Origin: Mobula hypostoma
Taxonomy: Eukaryota
Direction: 5' to 3'
Length of the DNA stretch: 64,000 nt
Assembly: GCF_963921235.1 (NCBI RefSeq)
Contig: NC_086097.1
Span: 140,678,001-140,742,000, forward strand
The notes under the pieces were generated by a model. The model searched no databases. It was not told where the DNA came from and saw nothing but the letters and a program-made list of their open reading frames with translations. This document shows, one piece after another, positions 13,761-26,247 of this stretch. The translations under genes were made by a program, and so were the position numbers. Numbering within the stretch: the first letter of the stretch is position 1; every line of letters begins with the position of its first letter.

Positions 13761-14859
13761 GAAACAATGTCATTGGTCACTTGTTTATCCAGTCTATTTA
13801 AAAGATATTGTAGAGAAGATGTCGCTTTAATTGTTCTAGTGCCGTGAAATGTCTGTTGTAGTCAATGCATGTCTAATGAACTGGGTCTCTTTCAATCCAT
13901 CAAAAGCTACAATGACGCATCGAAGGTAATGGTGACGTTAACATCAATGCTTGTTGTCAATACACTAATAACCGACTGCTCAATGTTGTGAGCACAAAAT
14001 AGATACTGGTATCAGTCAGAATTTAACTGCAGCTAAACAAAACAATCCAGAGGGGGCGGAAGGGTCAGCCAACTTTCCCAATAGTACCCTGTTATTTTTA
14101 ATTATTCTTTGGGATATTGGTTGTTTCTGGCAAAAACAGCATTTATTGTCTGCCCCTCTGTCCTTGAGAACGTGGTGGCAAGCTCTCTTTTTGAACTGTT
14201 GTTGTCCTGATGAAAGTGCTCCCACAGTTCTGTTGCACAGGGGGTTCCAAGATAGCAACAATGAAGGAACAGTGATATCGTTCTAAATCTAGATGGTTTA
14301 TGACTCAAAAACCCGCAGACAGTGGTGTTGACATCTGTCTACCACCTTGTCTTTCCTTGTGGTAAAAGTGAGAGATTTGGAATGTGCTACTGGAGCAACC
14401 CAGGCAAGTAATTGCTGGGCATTTTTTAGTGCCCCAGACATAGGGTTTATTGGTGAATAGTAACTGATCTGTATCAGGACCTGGAGCAGGGCTTTTGATT
14501 GTCTCAAATCTACAGAAGGTAGAATGGGAAACCAGAGGCAGCAGATTTTCTGAGGCCTGGGCTTAGTTAAGCAGCATTATATTTAACTAATCCCTACCCC
14601 TTCACTATGTTAATGGAAGTAGGTGATCTTGGTGTATGAAGTGGGTGTGTGATGCCAAATGGGGAGACTGGTTCAGTTTCAATCAATCACCAGAGATGGG
14701 ATGGGATTTGTCCAAATCTGCATCTTCTATCTTCCCTATACTGTACTTAGTTTGGAAACTTCTGCTCAATCATTACTAATTGACACACAATTTGATGGAT
14801 CTTTCAAAGTTCAAAGTAAATGTAATGTTTTTTTTAAGAGTGTCATACCAGACAATCAG

Positions 14860-15065
14860 CCATTCTTGTCTGGCACGTGATGTCAGGATTAACCGGGTCA
14901 AGTTCCTGACTCGACCCTTGTATTTTTTACGAGGCCCAGTGGCTAGCTCGACACTCAACCCAGAACGGATGGAAAGCGTACTCGGGGGTGGCCCGACCTG
15001 GATTCGAACTCGGGAACTTTCACTCTGGAGTCCGGTGCTGATCTCACTGTGCCACCAGCCGGCCA
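14860..15065 (-). mobile_element. tRNA-headed SINE
   Basis: Minus strand has A-box TGGCACAGTGAG and B-box GAGTTCGAATCC. The head is related to the SINE at 24018. Confidence 0.65.
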
Positions 15066-15339
15066 AAAGTAATATTAGAGTACATATATATCACCAAATA
15101 TTTATTTTCTTGTGGGCATTCACAGTAAATACAGAGGGAGGCAATAGAATCAATTAAAATACACACGAATGTACCTGCTGAGTTCCTCCAGCATTTTGTG
15201 CATGTTGCTCGGATTTCCTGCATCTGGAGATTTGCTCTGGTTTGTGTATCCCTCCCCACTGATCTCCCTCCTGGCACTTATCCTTGCAAGCGGAACAAGT
15301 GCTACACCTCCTCCCTCACTACCAATCAGGATCCTAAAC

Positions 15340-16070
15340 AGTCATTCCAGTTGAGGTGACACTTCACCTGTGAGTCTTTTGGGGTCATTTACTGTGATCG
15401 GTGCTCCTGGTGTGACCTCGTGTATATCGGTGAGTCCTGATGTAGATTGGAAAACCACTTTGCCGAGCATCTACTCACCATCCGCCAGAAAAAGCGGGAT
15501 CTCCTAGTGGACACCCATTTTAATTCCACTTCCCATTCCCATTCCGATATGTCCATCCATTGCTTCCTCCACTGTTGTGATGAGGTCACATTTGGATTGG
15601 AGGAACAACACCTTATATTCCGTTTGGCTAGCCTCCAGACTGATGGCACGAACGTCGATTTCTCAAACTTCAAGTAATGCCTCCCATCCCTCACTTCACC
15701 ATTTCCCATCCCCCTTTCCCTCCGGTACCTTATCTCCTTGCCTGCCCATCGCCTCCCTCTGGTGCTCCCCCTACCTTTTTCTTTTTTCCCTGGCTTTCTG
15801 TCTCTTTCAGCAATCAACTTCCCAGCTCTTTACTTCATCCCGCCCTCCCCTCCAGTTTCACCTAACATCTTGTGTTTCTCTCTCCCCTCCACCCCATCTT
15901 TTTAAAAAGTCTACTCCTCAGCATTTTTTCTCCAGTTCTGCCAAAGTGTTTCGGCCTGAAACGTCGACTGAACTTGTTTCCATAGATGCTGCCTGGCCTG
16001 CTGAGCTCCTCCAGCATTCTGTGTGTGATGCTCGGATTTCCAGCATCTGCAGATTTTCTTTTGTTCGTGA
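15340..16070 (+). mobile_element. Penelope-like element 3' fragment (GIY-YIG endonuclease) with its terminal repeat
   Basis: YIGES-like motif then ...FAEHLLTIRQK...HFNSTSHSHSDMSI...LEEQHLIFRLASLQ. Terminal motif gatgctgcctggcctgctgagctcctccagcatt, which recurs many times in the window. Confidence 0.8.
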
Positions 16071-17189
16071 TTTAAAATACACCCAAAGACAGACAGACAG
16101 ACAAACAATGTCCAAGATGGAACAAATTATGCATATACAAAAAAGAAAAGCAAAATAATAATAATAATCATCAATAAATAAGAAATAATATTGAGAACAG
16201 TTTTACAGTTTTTGAAAGTGAGTCCATCGGTTGTGGAACCTGTTTGGAGTTGGGGTGAGAGAAGTTATCCACTCTAGATCAGGATGAAGTTATAATTGTT
16301 CGTGAACCTGTTGGGGTGGGACCTAACGCTCCTGTACCTCCTTCCTGATATCATCATTGAGAGGAGAGCATGGCCTGGATGGTGGGGGCCCTTGATGACG
16401 GAAGATTGGGATGTAATGATGTGGAGGTGAACTGACTTTGTGCTCATGCACAAGCAATGCTGAGCCTATAGAACAGGAATGGATTCAACCCTGACCTTTA
16501 GCACTGTCTGCATGGCCTTCGAAGATTCTTTCTGGGATAGTTCAGGTTTCTTCCAGGTGCTCCAATTTCACATTTCAGGGGCTACTAAATGGCCACTAAT
16601 GTAGGTGAGTGACAGGATAAACTGGGCTGTTTTGATCTCATGAGACAAAATAGGTACAGGGAAGTAATTCAATGAATGCAGCTGTTGGGATATATTTGAT
16701 AGATCAAATGGCCACTTTCCATGTTGTAAGTGAATATAAGATAAGGAGAGGGCAAGGATAAGCCACCTATGGGCATCAGAGGTGGGCGTGTCATCATTGC
16801 ATGTTCCTTGATTGGAACTAGATGTGTGCTGTCTGCCCAGTATTCAAAGCTGCAGGGGTGGTGGGAGAGTTGGAGATTGATGCAGTGGTCACTGTGCCAT
16901 TGACTGCAGACAGCTTGAGGAGGATGAGGACGGAAGAGTTACCCTTGAGACACAAACATTAGATTTATTTGCAACTCAGATAGAAGGTTGTTTGGTACAG
17001 AAATTTAATCAGGAGTTCAAAAAACACAGGAGGTTATGGTTTGGAACTCTGCAAAATGTTGGGAACTTTGGGAACATCAGAAAGGATGAAGAAGAGACAG
17101 GAGTTTGCAAATGTACATAATTCAAGATCCAGCATTAAGAAGAGAGGAGAGGTGGAAGTGGATTCATTATCAGCTACTGGAAGCAATGA

Positions 17190-17745
17190 GGAAATGGAGA
17201 CTGGTGGAGGAGCACAGAGAATGATGTGGGAGAGTGGGGTCTATTGGAGGCTGGGGAGTGGGGAATGGTGAGGGAGGGTGAAGAATGATAGGGGAGAGTG
17301 GAGAATGGAGACTAATGGGGTGGAGAGTGGGGACTGATGGGGTGGGGATTGGTGATTGATGAGGGAGAGTGGAGACATGGGGGATTGTGGAGACTGATAG
17401 AGAGAATGGAGACTGATGGGGTAGAGTGGAGATTGATAAGAGGGAATGGAAATTGATAGGAGAGAGTAGGTATTGATGGGGGAGAGTGGAGAATGATGGG
17501 GAGAATGGGGGATTGATGGGGAGAGTGAGGACATGGTGGAGAGTGATGGGGGGAGATGATGGAGTGATCATGGTGGAGTGATGATGATGATGGAGTGATG
17601 GGGAGAGAGAGGACTGAGGGGGAGAGTGGAAACTGATGGGGGAGAGAGGGGAGAGGACTGATGGGGAGAGTGGAGCCTGATGAAGGGGGGTGAAAATGAT
17701 GGGGGAGGGTGGAGACCCATAGGGGGTGTATGAGTCAGTGACTAC
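17190..17745 (+). repeat. Purine-rich cryptic minisatellite (unit about GGGGAGAGTGGAGAnTGAT)
   Basis: Strong G/A strand skew with many degenerate copies of the unit. Confidence 0.85.
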
Positions 17746-18967
17746 ATTCATCAGCTCTTCTCCCTTGTCAGTATGAGGGAGGAAGAGGCGGCAGGAGCGG
17801 TTTAAGAATGGTTTGCAGTGGAGAAGGTTGATGAAGCTGGCAGACTGAGAGTTTTGCAGATTGCAGTGGTATTTATGATGCCGCATGCTCCGCTAAAGGA
17901 TGATAAAACTTCCTGTGTGCCAGAGGTACTGAGGGCTAGTTATCTCTGGGTTAGCAACACAAGGAGCAGAAACAGACTGAACGTCAAAAGTGTGACCAAT
18001 CGGTTCATTGCAGAAAAACTCAAAGTGGCAGATAACATCTGCGGAAAGCGAAGCGGGATTACGTCTCGGGTCGTAATTTACACCGAAATTTATAACCTCT
18101 TGCGTGCTCACGCCAAGCACCCACTTCTCCACTAACCGACAATATGAGAACCGGGTACCGTAGAGGTGTGTCGCCACGTCACAGCATCGTCACGCACAGG
18201 GTCACAGGCCCTGCGCCGGGGCAGCGGCACTGCATGGTGACACTTCGTCGAATCTTCGAGGCATTTCACCAGTGGGAAAAGGTGCGAGGGTCTAAGGCGA
18301 TCAATCCCAAGGTCCGAAACGTCTTTCTGTCTTTAATGCTTGTTAAGTGAAAATCCTATCATTGCGTTTTGGATAGACCTCCCAGCCCTGGACGGCTTAC
18401 ATCCGTCTTCATGTGTTCTACGATGTGAGAGTCCCTCCGAGTGATTCTGAAATATGGCCGCTCCTCAGTCTCCGCCTGAGGGGAGGGTCTGGAGCTATTG
18501 ACAGTGAGCCGTACTGAGGAAAACGTTGCGATAATTTTAAATTTTATTCTTGCCGCCAGTCCCAAGCCTTCGCACCAGCTTTAACCGGAGACACAATCAG
18601 ACTGCTTTTTCACGAGGAAGCTGTCTACCAGCCTGGTGGCAGTTCTCGAGGCAGTGAAGTCGGCCGTAGTGTCCGCTCAGGTACCGGGTCCGGTAGTCAA
18701 TCACCCTTTCGTGAGAGATCGGGCCAGGAAGCGACGAATAAAGCCCAAGGTGGGCGGCAGTCTGGTGCCTGTGGACAAGATTAATATTTCTATATATCTG
18801 CTACTGTTCTTAAACGTACAGTGAAATAAATTAATAAAGAACCCTCATCCTAGAACAGTTATAAAATATTAAATCAATTAAACTAGCGATTGTACAAATA
18901 CATGGCGCAGAGTCTCGCGTACAGGATGGTCAAACGAAATCCCCTTGACATGCTGAGACACAGGACA

Positions 18968-19716
18968 GTAGACAATAGACAATAGACAATAGGTGCAGAA
19001 GTAGACCATTCGGCTCTTCGAGCCTGCACTGCCATTCTGAGATCATGGCTGATCATCTACTATCAATACCCGGTTCCTGCCTTGTCCCCATAACCCTTGA
19101 TTACCCTATCCATAAGACACCTATCTAGCTCCTTCTTGAAAGCATCCAGAGAATTGGCCTCCACTGCCTTCTGAGGCAGCGCGTTCCATACCTCCACAAC
19201 TCTCTGGGAGAAAAAGTTCCTACTCAACTCTGTCCTAAATGACCTACCCCTTATTCTTAAACCATGCCCTCTGGTACTGGACTCTCCCAGCATCTGGAAC
19301 ATATTTCCTGCCTCTATCTTGTCCAATCCCTTAATAATCCTATATGTCTCAATCAGATCCCCCCTCAATCTCCTTCATTCCAGCGTGTACAAGCCCAGTC
19401 TCTCTAACCTCTCTGCGTAAGACAGTCCGGACATCCCAGGAATTAACCTAGTTAACCTACGCTGCACCTCCTCCACAGCCGGGATGTCCTTCCTTAACCC
19501 TGGAGACCAAAACTGCACACAATACTCCAGGTGTGGTCTCACCAGGGCCCTGTACAAATGCAAAAGGATTTCCTTGCTCTTGTACTCAATTCCCTTTGTA
19601 ATAGAGGCCAACATTCCATTAGCCTTCTTCACTGCCTGCTGCACTTCCTCATTCACCTTCAGAGACTGATGAACAAGTACTCCTAGATCTCTTTGTATTT
19701 CACCCTTACCTAGCCT
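18968..19716 (-). mobile_element. Young 5'-truncated CR1 LINE
   Basis: Minus-strand ORFs ...HLEYCVQFWSP... and MRGDLIETYRII...KAGTGY*. Tail of (ACAATAG)n at ~18968-18992. Confidence 0.9.
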
Positions 19717-20289
19717 CTTAGTAGTCTCTTAGTTGGTCACCGCACCCCCCCCCCCCCACCACCGTTTCTCCAGAAAGCTCCATCCTGCTCTAAAAGTATA
19801 CCTGCCTTTAATCCGAAGTTCCTCCAGCAAGACAGTGAGAACCCTTCACATAATTCGGGCTATTTCCACAGGACGGATGTTAGTCCTCGAACACGGCGGG
19901 GAACTCCGCAGTCACAACCGAACAGTTGGGTCCCGAGGGAATTGCCCCAAAGAGCAATCAGGCCAACTGCCAAGGATGCTCTCACATTTCGCTTTCCTCC
20001 GAAAGAAGTTTAATACCCGAAGTTGGAATATACCATTCAGCCCCTCCTGTCACTCCTCTATTCCTATGATTCTCATACGTTGTTACCGGTTCGCACACCG
20101 TTCCTTGCACTGAATTTATGCACTCTCGGAACAATCCCTCCCACCACGCCCCCGATTATTTTCCTCCCTCACATGCTAAATCACGCCTTCATTCTTCGAC
20201 CACCGAACGACATCGAGACCATTTGCTCAAGTAATTAGCTACGATCCAGAACGTTGTTACATGTAGGATGAAACGAGGGCACCTCTTTT

Positions 20290-20640
20290 TACCTTATTAG
20301 GGAGAGAGAGAGCCTGTGGTATGTCGAATACCGGATGAATATGCAACCTTTGGGGTACTGCAAGTCCGCGTCTTTTTTTGATGCTTTGGTACACGCTTGA
20401 GTGCGCGGTGGTGGGGGGGAGGTGGTGCCGATGCTTTTTTGCTGGTGGGGGGGGGGTCGTTGTTTTACTGCTGCTTATGCGTGGGACTGGGGAGTTGGGG
20501 ATATTTTGGGGTTCTAACATTTAACTGTCAGTCATTTTTTGGGGGCACTCTGCTGTTTTCGTGGATTGTTGCGAAAATTAAAGAATTTCAGGATGGATAT
20601 TGTACACATTTTTCTGACATTAATTGTACGCATTGAAACC
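20290..20640 (+). mobile_element. LINE 3' UTR fragment (family unassigned)
   Basis: Non-coding LINE-like 3' end finishing in ctgacattaattgtacgcattgaaacc. Confidence 0.45.
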
Positions 20641-21015
20641 GGAGCACCCACGGGAATCTCACCGTGCCGTCTGTCAGGAATGTGCGCGTGAGTTCTTCAT
20701 CCCTCCAGAGGTGGAAGGCAGAAGCTGGAAGGAGAGATGTGGAGGAGAGAGGAGAATGGGAGAAGGGAAGATGGGAGACGGAAACCTTTAAAACGGGAAG
20801 GAGTGAGAGGGAATGCCAGGAGGGGAGCGAACATTTTTGAGAAGGTGGACATGGGGAAGGGGAAACAGTGAAATGGAACGGAGAGGGAGATGGGAAGGAG
20901 GGATGGGGAAATGTGTACTGGAGATACGGAGGGTGTTGGATAGGGGAGAGAGGGATATGGGCAAGGGGAGATGGGTACCGAGGGGAATGGTCGAATTACG
21001 ATTAGTAAACATATC

Positions 21016-21029
21016 CTGCCATCTAGCGG
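21016..21029 (-). promoter_or_regulatory. CTCF motif
   Basis: Minus strand CCGCTAGATGGCAG fits CCRSYAGRKGGCRS at all positions. Lies in CpG-retaining sequence with no repeat I recognise. Confidence 0.6.
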
Positions 21030-21344
21030 CGTCACCTTGTTCCAGATGCCGTACAGATGCGAACGCAAAGGACCTTGACCACTTCTCCCCTCGAATCCAC
21101 TCTGCAGATCACGGACGAATGCACCACATCTCCCCGAGCCTACGATAGGTAACCGATTATTGGACCGTGGCCTTGTTCACCCAGTTCTTACACCACCTCT
21201 CTTTGTCACATCTGCTCGATAGCAGCTCTCAGGGAAGAGCGGAGAGTGAAAGGATGTGGAGGCCTTTCAATCGGTCAGTTTATTTTAAAACATTATTTTA
21301 TCGGAATATTTTAATATCGGAATATCTATACACATCCGATCATA

Positions 21345-21625
21345 TGTACTGAACAGACAAACTCTAATCATACTTTCTTTACTGAATGCTATAATCCTGC
21401 TGGAGCATTGACCGCCGACAGCAGCTCGCCAGAGTCCTCTGTCCTGGGCCAGTCTTTCAAGTTGCGCCAAGGTGTGGCCCGTTTCCTTGGCCTATCCTTC
21501 CTCTCCCAGGGAGCTTCTGTTGGCGTTTCTGTAGTTCTGAAGTTTTACGTGATGGGGTTGCTAACTCCATATCCAAACCATCCTCCTTTCGCAGCCGGTC
21601 TTGTGACCGTCCTTGGCGGAGTTAG
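21345..21625 (-). mobile_element. RTE-derived non-autonomous fragment
   Basis: LERLAQDRGLWRAAVGGQCSS (RTE ORF end) joined to an RTE 5'-like segment gatggggttgctaactcc...ctcctttcgcagccgg. Confidence 0.55.
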
Positions 21626-22420
21626 ATCCCGATCATGATTAGTGTTATTGGGTGACCAGCACCAGCTATGATGCAATGATTGAAATAATAAATTTAAATA
21701 ATCAATTTAACTGCTTCCACGATATTCTTCCACTCACAGTTTGGGATTCGGGTGTCCTTGTAGAGACCGGCGTTTATTGCCCACCCCGCTACCCTTGAGA
21801 AGACATAACAGTAGCCACAGGAGCAGGTGAGCGGTTGAGAGTCCTACTCGCAGCCTGACATCCCAAAGCATTTCTACCATCTGCTAGGCACATGATAGAG
21901 TTATACCGAAGGTGGCGATGAGTTACCTCATCGGCCGCTGCAATCATTCTTGTGAAGGTGCTCTCTCAGGGCTGTGAGGGAGTAGCAGGCTTTTGATTCA
22001 TTGATAATTGAGGACCGGTGATGTACAGTGTGTTCTATTTCTGGACATAATATAAATGGGAACATAAACGTTTGTGCTTCCTGCATCCCCTCCGTTCTGT
22101 AGGAGTAGCCTAGCCGGGTGCATTTTGTAGATTTCTGCACCCACAGTGAGACTTCGAGCGATTGAAGTTTCGGGTCGTTGATAGGTGTCAGTCACAAAGA
22201 TCACTTTCTCCCGGAGACTGAGAACTGTTGAAGCTGCACTAGCCAGACAGGTGGAGAGCATTCCATCACACTTGTGTGCCTGAAGGCCTATTTCTGTTCT
22301 GTTTAACTCTCTATCATTCTGCCTTGCAGAAATGCTTCGGCACGTCGCCAATAATCTCTAATACCCGTGTAGGCAAGGTCATTAATCTGAAGCAATCTGA
22401 CCCCAAACGTTAACTTTGTC

Positions 22421-23150
22421 TAAACGCGAGGAATTCTGCAGATGCTGGAAATTCAGAACAACAAACACAAAATGCCGGAGGAGCTCGGCTGGTCAGATAG
22501 AATCGACGAAATGAGTATACAGTCGAAGTTTCGGCTTGCGACCCTTCTTCACGACTGGAAAGGAAGGGGGATGATGACAGAATAAGAAGATGGCGGGGTG
22601 GTGGTGCGGGGGGAAGGGGACCGACGATAGCTAGAAGGTAGTAGATGAAGCCAAGTTTGTAGGAAGGATAAACGGCGGGAGAAGAAAGAATCAAATTGGA
22701 GAGTAGAGTGGACCAGAGGAGACAGGGAAAGAGGAAGGGACCCAGGGTGAGGCGTTAGGCATGTGAGAAGAGGTAAGAGAACAGAGTGGGAAATAGAAGT
22801 GGGGAGGGGGTAGAATATATATTTCTAACCGGAAGGAGAGATCAATATTTAGGCCATCGGGTTGGAGGCTACCCAGACGAAATATAGGGTGTTGCTCCTC
22901 CACCCTGAGAGTGCCCTCATCCTGGCACAAGAGGAAGCCATGGGCTGATCTGTCAGAACTGCAGTGGAAATCAGAATTAAAATGTTTGGTCAGCGGGAAG
23001 TTCCGCTCTTGACAGATGGAGAGGAGGTGCTCGACGAAGCGGTCCCCCAATTTACGACCAGTCTCAGCACTGTAGCGCAGGCAGCATCAGGAGCACCGGA
23101 CACAATAGACGACCCCAGCAGACTCGAGGGTGAAATGTTGCCTTATCTGT
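22421..23150 (-). mobile_element. Penelope-like element fragment (GIY-YIG)
   Basis: GDRFVEHLLSICQ...HFNS...LRVEEQHPIFRLGSLQPDGLNID, plus the terminal repeat gcagatgctggaaattc. Confidence 0.8.
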
Positions 23151-24017
23151 AAGGACTGTATCGAGGACTTTTCACATTTTATCGAAAGAACAGGCATGTA
23201 GGCAGGGCGGTGGGGTGTCTCTTTGGTAAAAACTGAAATCAAATCATTAGGAAGAGGTGACATAGGATTGTAAGATGTGGAATCCTTCTGGGTAGAGCTA
23301 AGAAACTGCAAGAGTAAAAAGTCCCAGATGGGAATTATATACAGACATCCGAACTGTAGCAAAGGTGTGGACTACAAATTACAAAAGGCGATAGAAAAGG
23401 CATGTCAAAAAGGCAATGTCACAATAGTCATGGAGAATTTCAATATGCAGGTAGATTGGGAAAATCAAGTTGATGCTGAATCCCAAGAGTGGATATTTGT
23501 AGAATGCCTACAAGATGGCTTTTTTAGTGCAGCTCATATTAGAGCTTACTACGGGATCAGCTATTCTGGATCGGGAGTTGTGAAATGAACTGGAATTGCT
23601 TAGAGAGCTTAAGAGCCAGTGCTCATAATATGATAGACTTCACCCTACAATTTGAGTGGAAGAACCTTTGGACTAAAGGGAACTACAGAAGCATGAGAGA
23701 GCAGCTGGCCAAAGTTGACTGGAAGAGGACGCAAGCAGGGATGATGGAAGAGTAGCAACGGCTGGAATTTCTGACAGCAATTCAGAAGGCAAAGGATAGA
23801 TAAACCCTAAAGAAGAATAAGGATTCTAAAGGCAAGATGATACAACAGTGGCTGACCATGGAAGTCAAAGTCAACATAAAAGCCAAAGAGAGTCCATATA
23901 ATAGAGCAAAGGTTTGTGGGAAGTTAGTATTGGGAAGCTTTTAAAAACTAACAGTAAGCCACTAAAAAGTAAGAAAGAGGGAAAAGATTGAATATAAAGG
24001 TAAGTTAACCAATAATA

Positions 24018-24261
24018 GACCCAGCTGGTGGCGTAGTGGCATCAGGTCCCGAGTTCGAATCCAGCCCCAGCCGGCTCCCCTGCACGCTTTCCATGCGTGC
24101 TGGGTTACGAGCTGGTGATCTCCTTGGAAACTCACACGGCAGAAGGCAATGGCAAACCTCTGTTGTAACTTGCCTCGTACGCGGTACCGCACTACGTCAG
24201 AGAGGCGTGGAGGGAAATCGGCCGCTAACCGGAGAAACTCCGGATACGACGTACCTTTCCT
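24018..24261 (+). mobile_element. tRNA-headed SINE with an RTE-type 3' motif and a 13-bp TSD
   Basis: TSD TTAACCAATAATA at 24005-24017 and 24262-24274. A-box TGGCGTAGTGG, B-box GAGTTCGAATCC, internal AGAAGGCAATGGCAAACC. Confidence 0.8.
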
Positions 24262-25156
24262 TTAACCAATAATATTAAAGAGGATGCCAAAAGATATATG
24301 AAGAGTAAATGGGAGCTGGGAGTAGATGTTGACCTGCTGGAAAATTACGCTAAAGAGGTACAGTAGTAATGCAGTACAAGGAAATGTTGGATGAATTGAA
24401 TTAGTATTTTTCACTGGTTATCTGTGTGGAAGCCAGACTGTATGCTGCAAGTTCAAGAGTGTCCCGGGGCAGAAGTGAGTGAAGTCACTATTATCAGGGA
24501 GAAGGTGCAAAGGAAACTGAAAGGTCAAGGTAAACACATCATCTGGACTGGATGGTCTACAGCCCAGGGTTCTGAAAGAGGTGGCTAAAGTCATTGTGGA
24601 GTCAATAATATTGACCTTTCAAGAATCAATAGATTCTGACGTGGTTCTGGAGAACTGTATAATTGTAAAAGTCACCTCACTCTTCAAAAGGGAGAGAAGC
24701 AGAAGAAAGGAAATAATAGGCCAGTTAGTTTAACCTCAGTGGTTGGGAAGCCATAGGAGTCAATTGTTAAGCATGTGCTTTCGGGGTACATGATAAAGTA
24801 GGCTGAAGTGAGGGTGGTTTCGTTAAGGGAAAGTCTTGCCTGATAAAGCTGTTGGAATTCTTTGAAGAAATAACAAGCAGGATAGTCAAAGGAGAATCGA
24901 TGGATACAGTGTACTTGGATCTTCAGAAGGCCTTTGTCAAAGTACTGCACATCAGGCTGCTTAAGAAGTTAAAACCCAGTGATATTATTGGAAAGATACT
25001 AGCATCGAGAGAGTACTGGCTGATTTGCAGGAGACAAACAGTGGGAATAAATGGAACCTTTCCTGGTTGGCTGCCAGTGACAAGTGGTGTTCCACAAGGC
25101 CTGTGTTGGGACTACTTTTTATGTTCTATTTTAATGACAGAATTGATGGCACGGTG

Positions 25157-26247
25157 TGGCATAACGGGGAGCGCTGGGAGAGAACCCAAATGCAAGACAC
25201 AGACACTGCAGTACTAGGAAGAGGACAGGACTAGAGTTAGGGACGTGACAGGATGCAGACTAGCAGCTGGGACAAGAACATAGACTTGGGCTAGGACATT
25301 GACTAGGAAAGCGGGACTAGGACAAGGAACTGGGAACTAGGAGCCTGGGCTTGTACTCCGAGCCAGAGATGGGACAAAGACCCAGAAACTGGGTCTTGAC
25401 TTGGGCTTGGACCCCAGAACTAGACCGAGGCTTGGGTACTTCGAGGCTTGGGTTTGGACTCCGAGCCAGAGACTGGCCAAGGACCCAGACCTTGGGTCTT
25501 GACTCGGGCTTGGACTCCGGAACTAGGCGAAGACATGACGTGGTCTTGGGAGACAGGAACCTCGGAGCCTTTTGATGAGGACTGGACACTCAGAGGCTTG
25601 GACAAGGACTGGATGATCGGAGCCTTGGTCTAGAGCATGGGAACACAGAGCCTTGGACTTAATTGAGGGAGACAGGAATGCAGAGACATGGAACACAGAG
25701 CCAGGACACCTCCTTGGGGACAGGACTTGGGACCAGGGCTCTACACAGAGTCAGGACCCCTCCTAGGGAGCAGAATGTAGGGCCAGCACCCGTACACAGA
25801 ACATTGAGGCAATTCTCCACTCAATGTAGCAGCAAACAGCCAGACTTACTTAGCAAAGGCATGGACACAGAGACAGTTCTCAACACAAGTTAGCAGCAAA
25901 CAGCCAGACCTACCTAGCAAAGACATGGACACAGAAACAGTTCAAAACAACAATAGACAGTTTCTTATCTTGCTCTGGCAGTTGAACTTGACAGCAGTGC
26001 AAGCAAAGATTGCAGGCAAGGGTTAGAGGCGAGGCTTCAGGAGGAAGGGGCAGAGAAGGGATTTGGACAGGAACAATCCAGCAACTGAAGCTGCACCAAG
26101 GAGCTATTTCTGTAGCCAGCCCAAAATGTGAATCAGCTGCCTCAATTAGAGCACCGAACAGAAAAAGAGAAAACCAGAAAACCTGGAATAAGGAACATGG
26201 ACCGGACAGTGAACCGGAATCTGGAGTTCACGGACCAGACCATGACA
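25157..26247. mobile_element. Solo LTR (TG...CA) with internal tandem repeats
   Basis: TG at 25157, CA at 26246-26247. 5-bp TSD CGGTG/TGGTG (one CpG transition). Splits a CR1 RT. Internal ~100-bp duplication at ~25348-25530. Confidence 0.7.

Noticed and set aside
17170-17886. 238-aa Pro/Ser/His-rich minus-strand ORF
   Set aside because: Translation of the purine-rich low-complexity repeat.
17860-17925. Minus-strand YLW followed by CACAGGA as an inverted V end
   Set aside because: No YxC motif, and no nonamer at 12 or 23 nt.
18560-18780. Plus-strand V-like words (GDTIRLL, YQPG, SGTGSG; NQTAF...WWQ)
   Set aside because: Cys-Trp spacing is wrong, and there is no YYC or RSS.
22142-22180. Perfect heptamer CACAGTG
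   Set aside because: No nonamer at 12 or 23 nt and no convincing V end before it.
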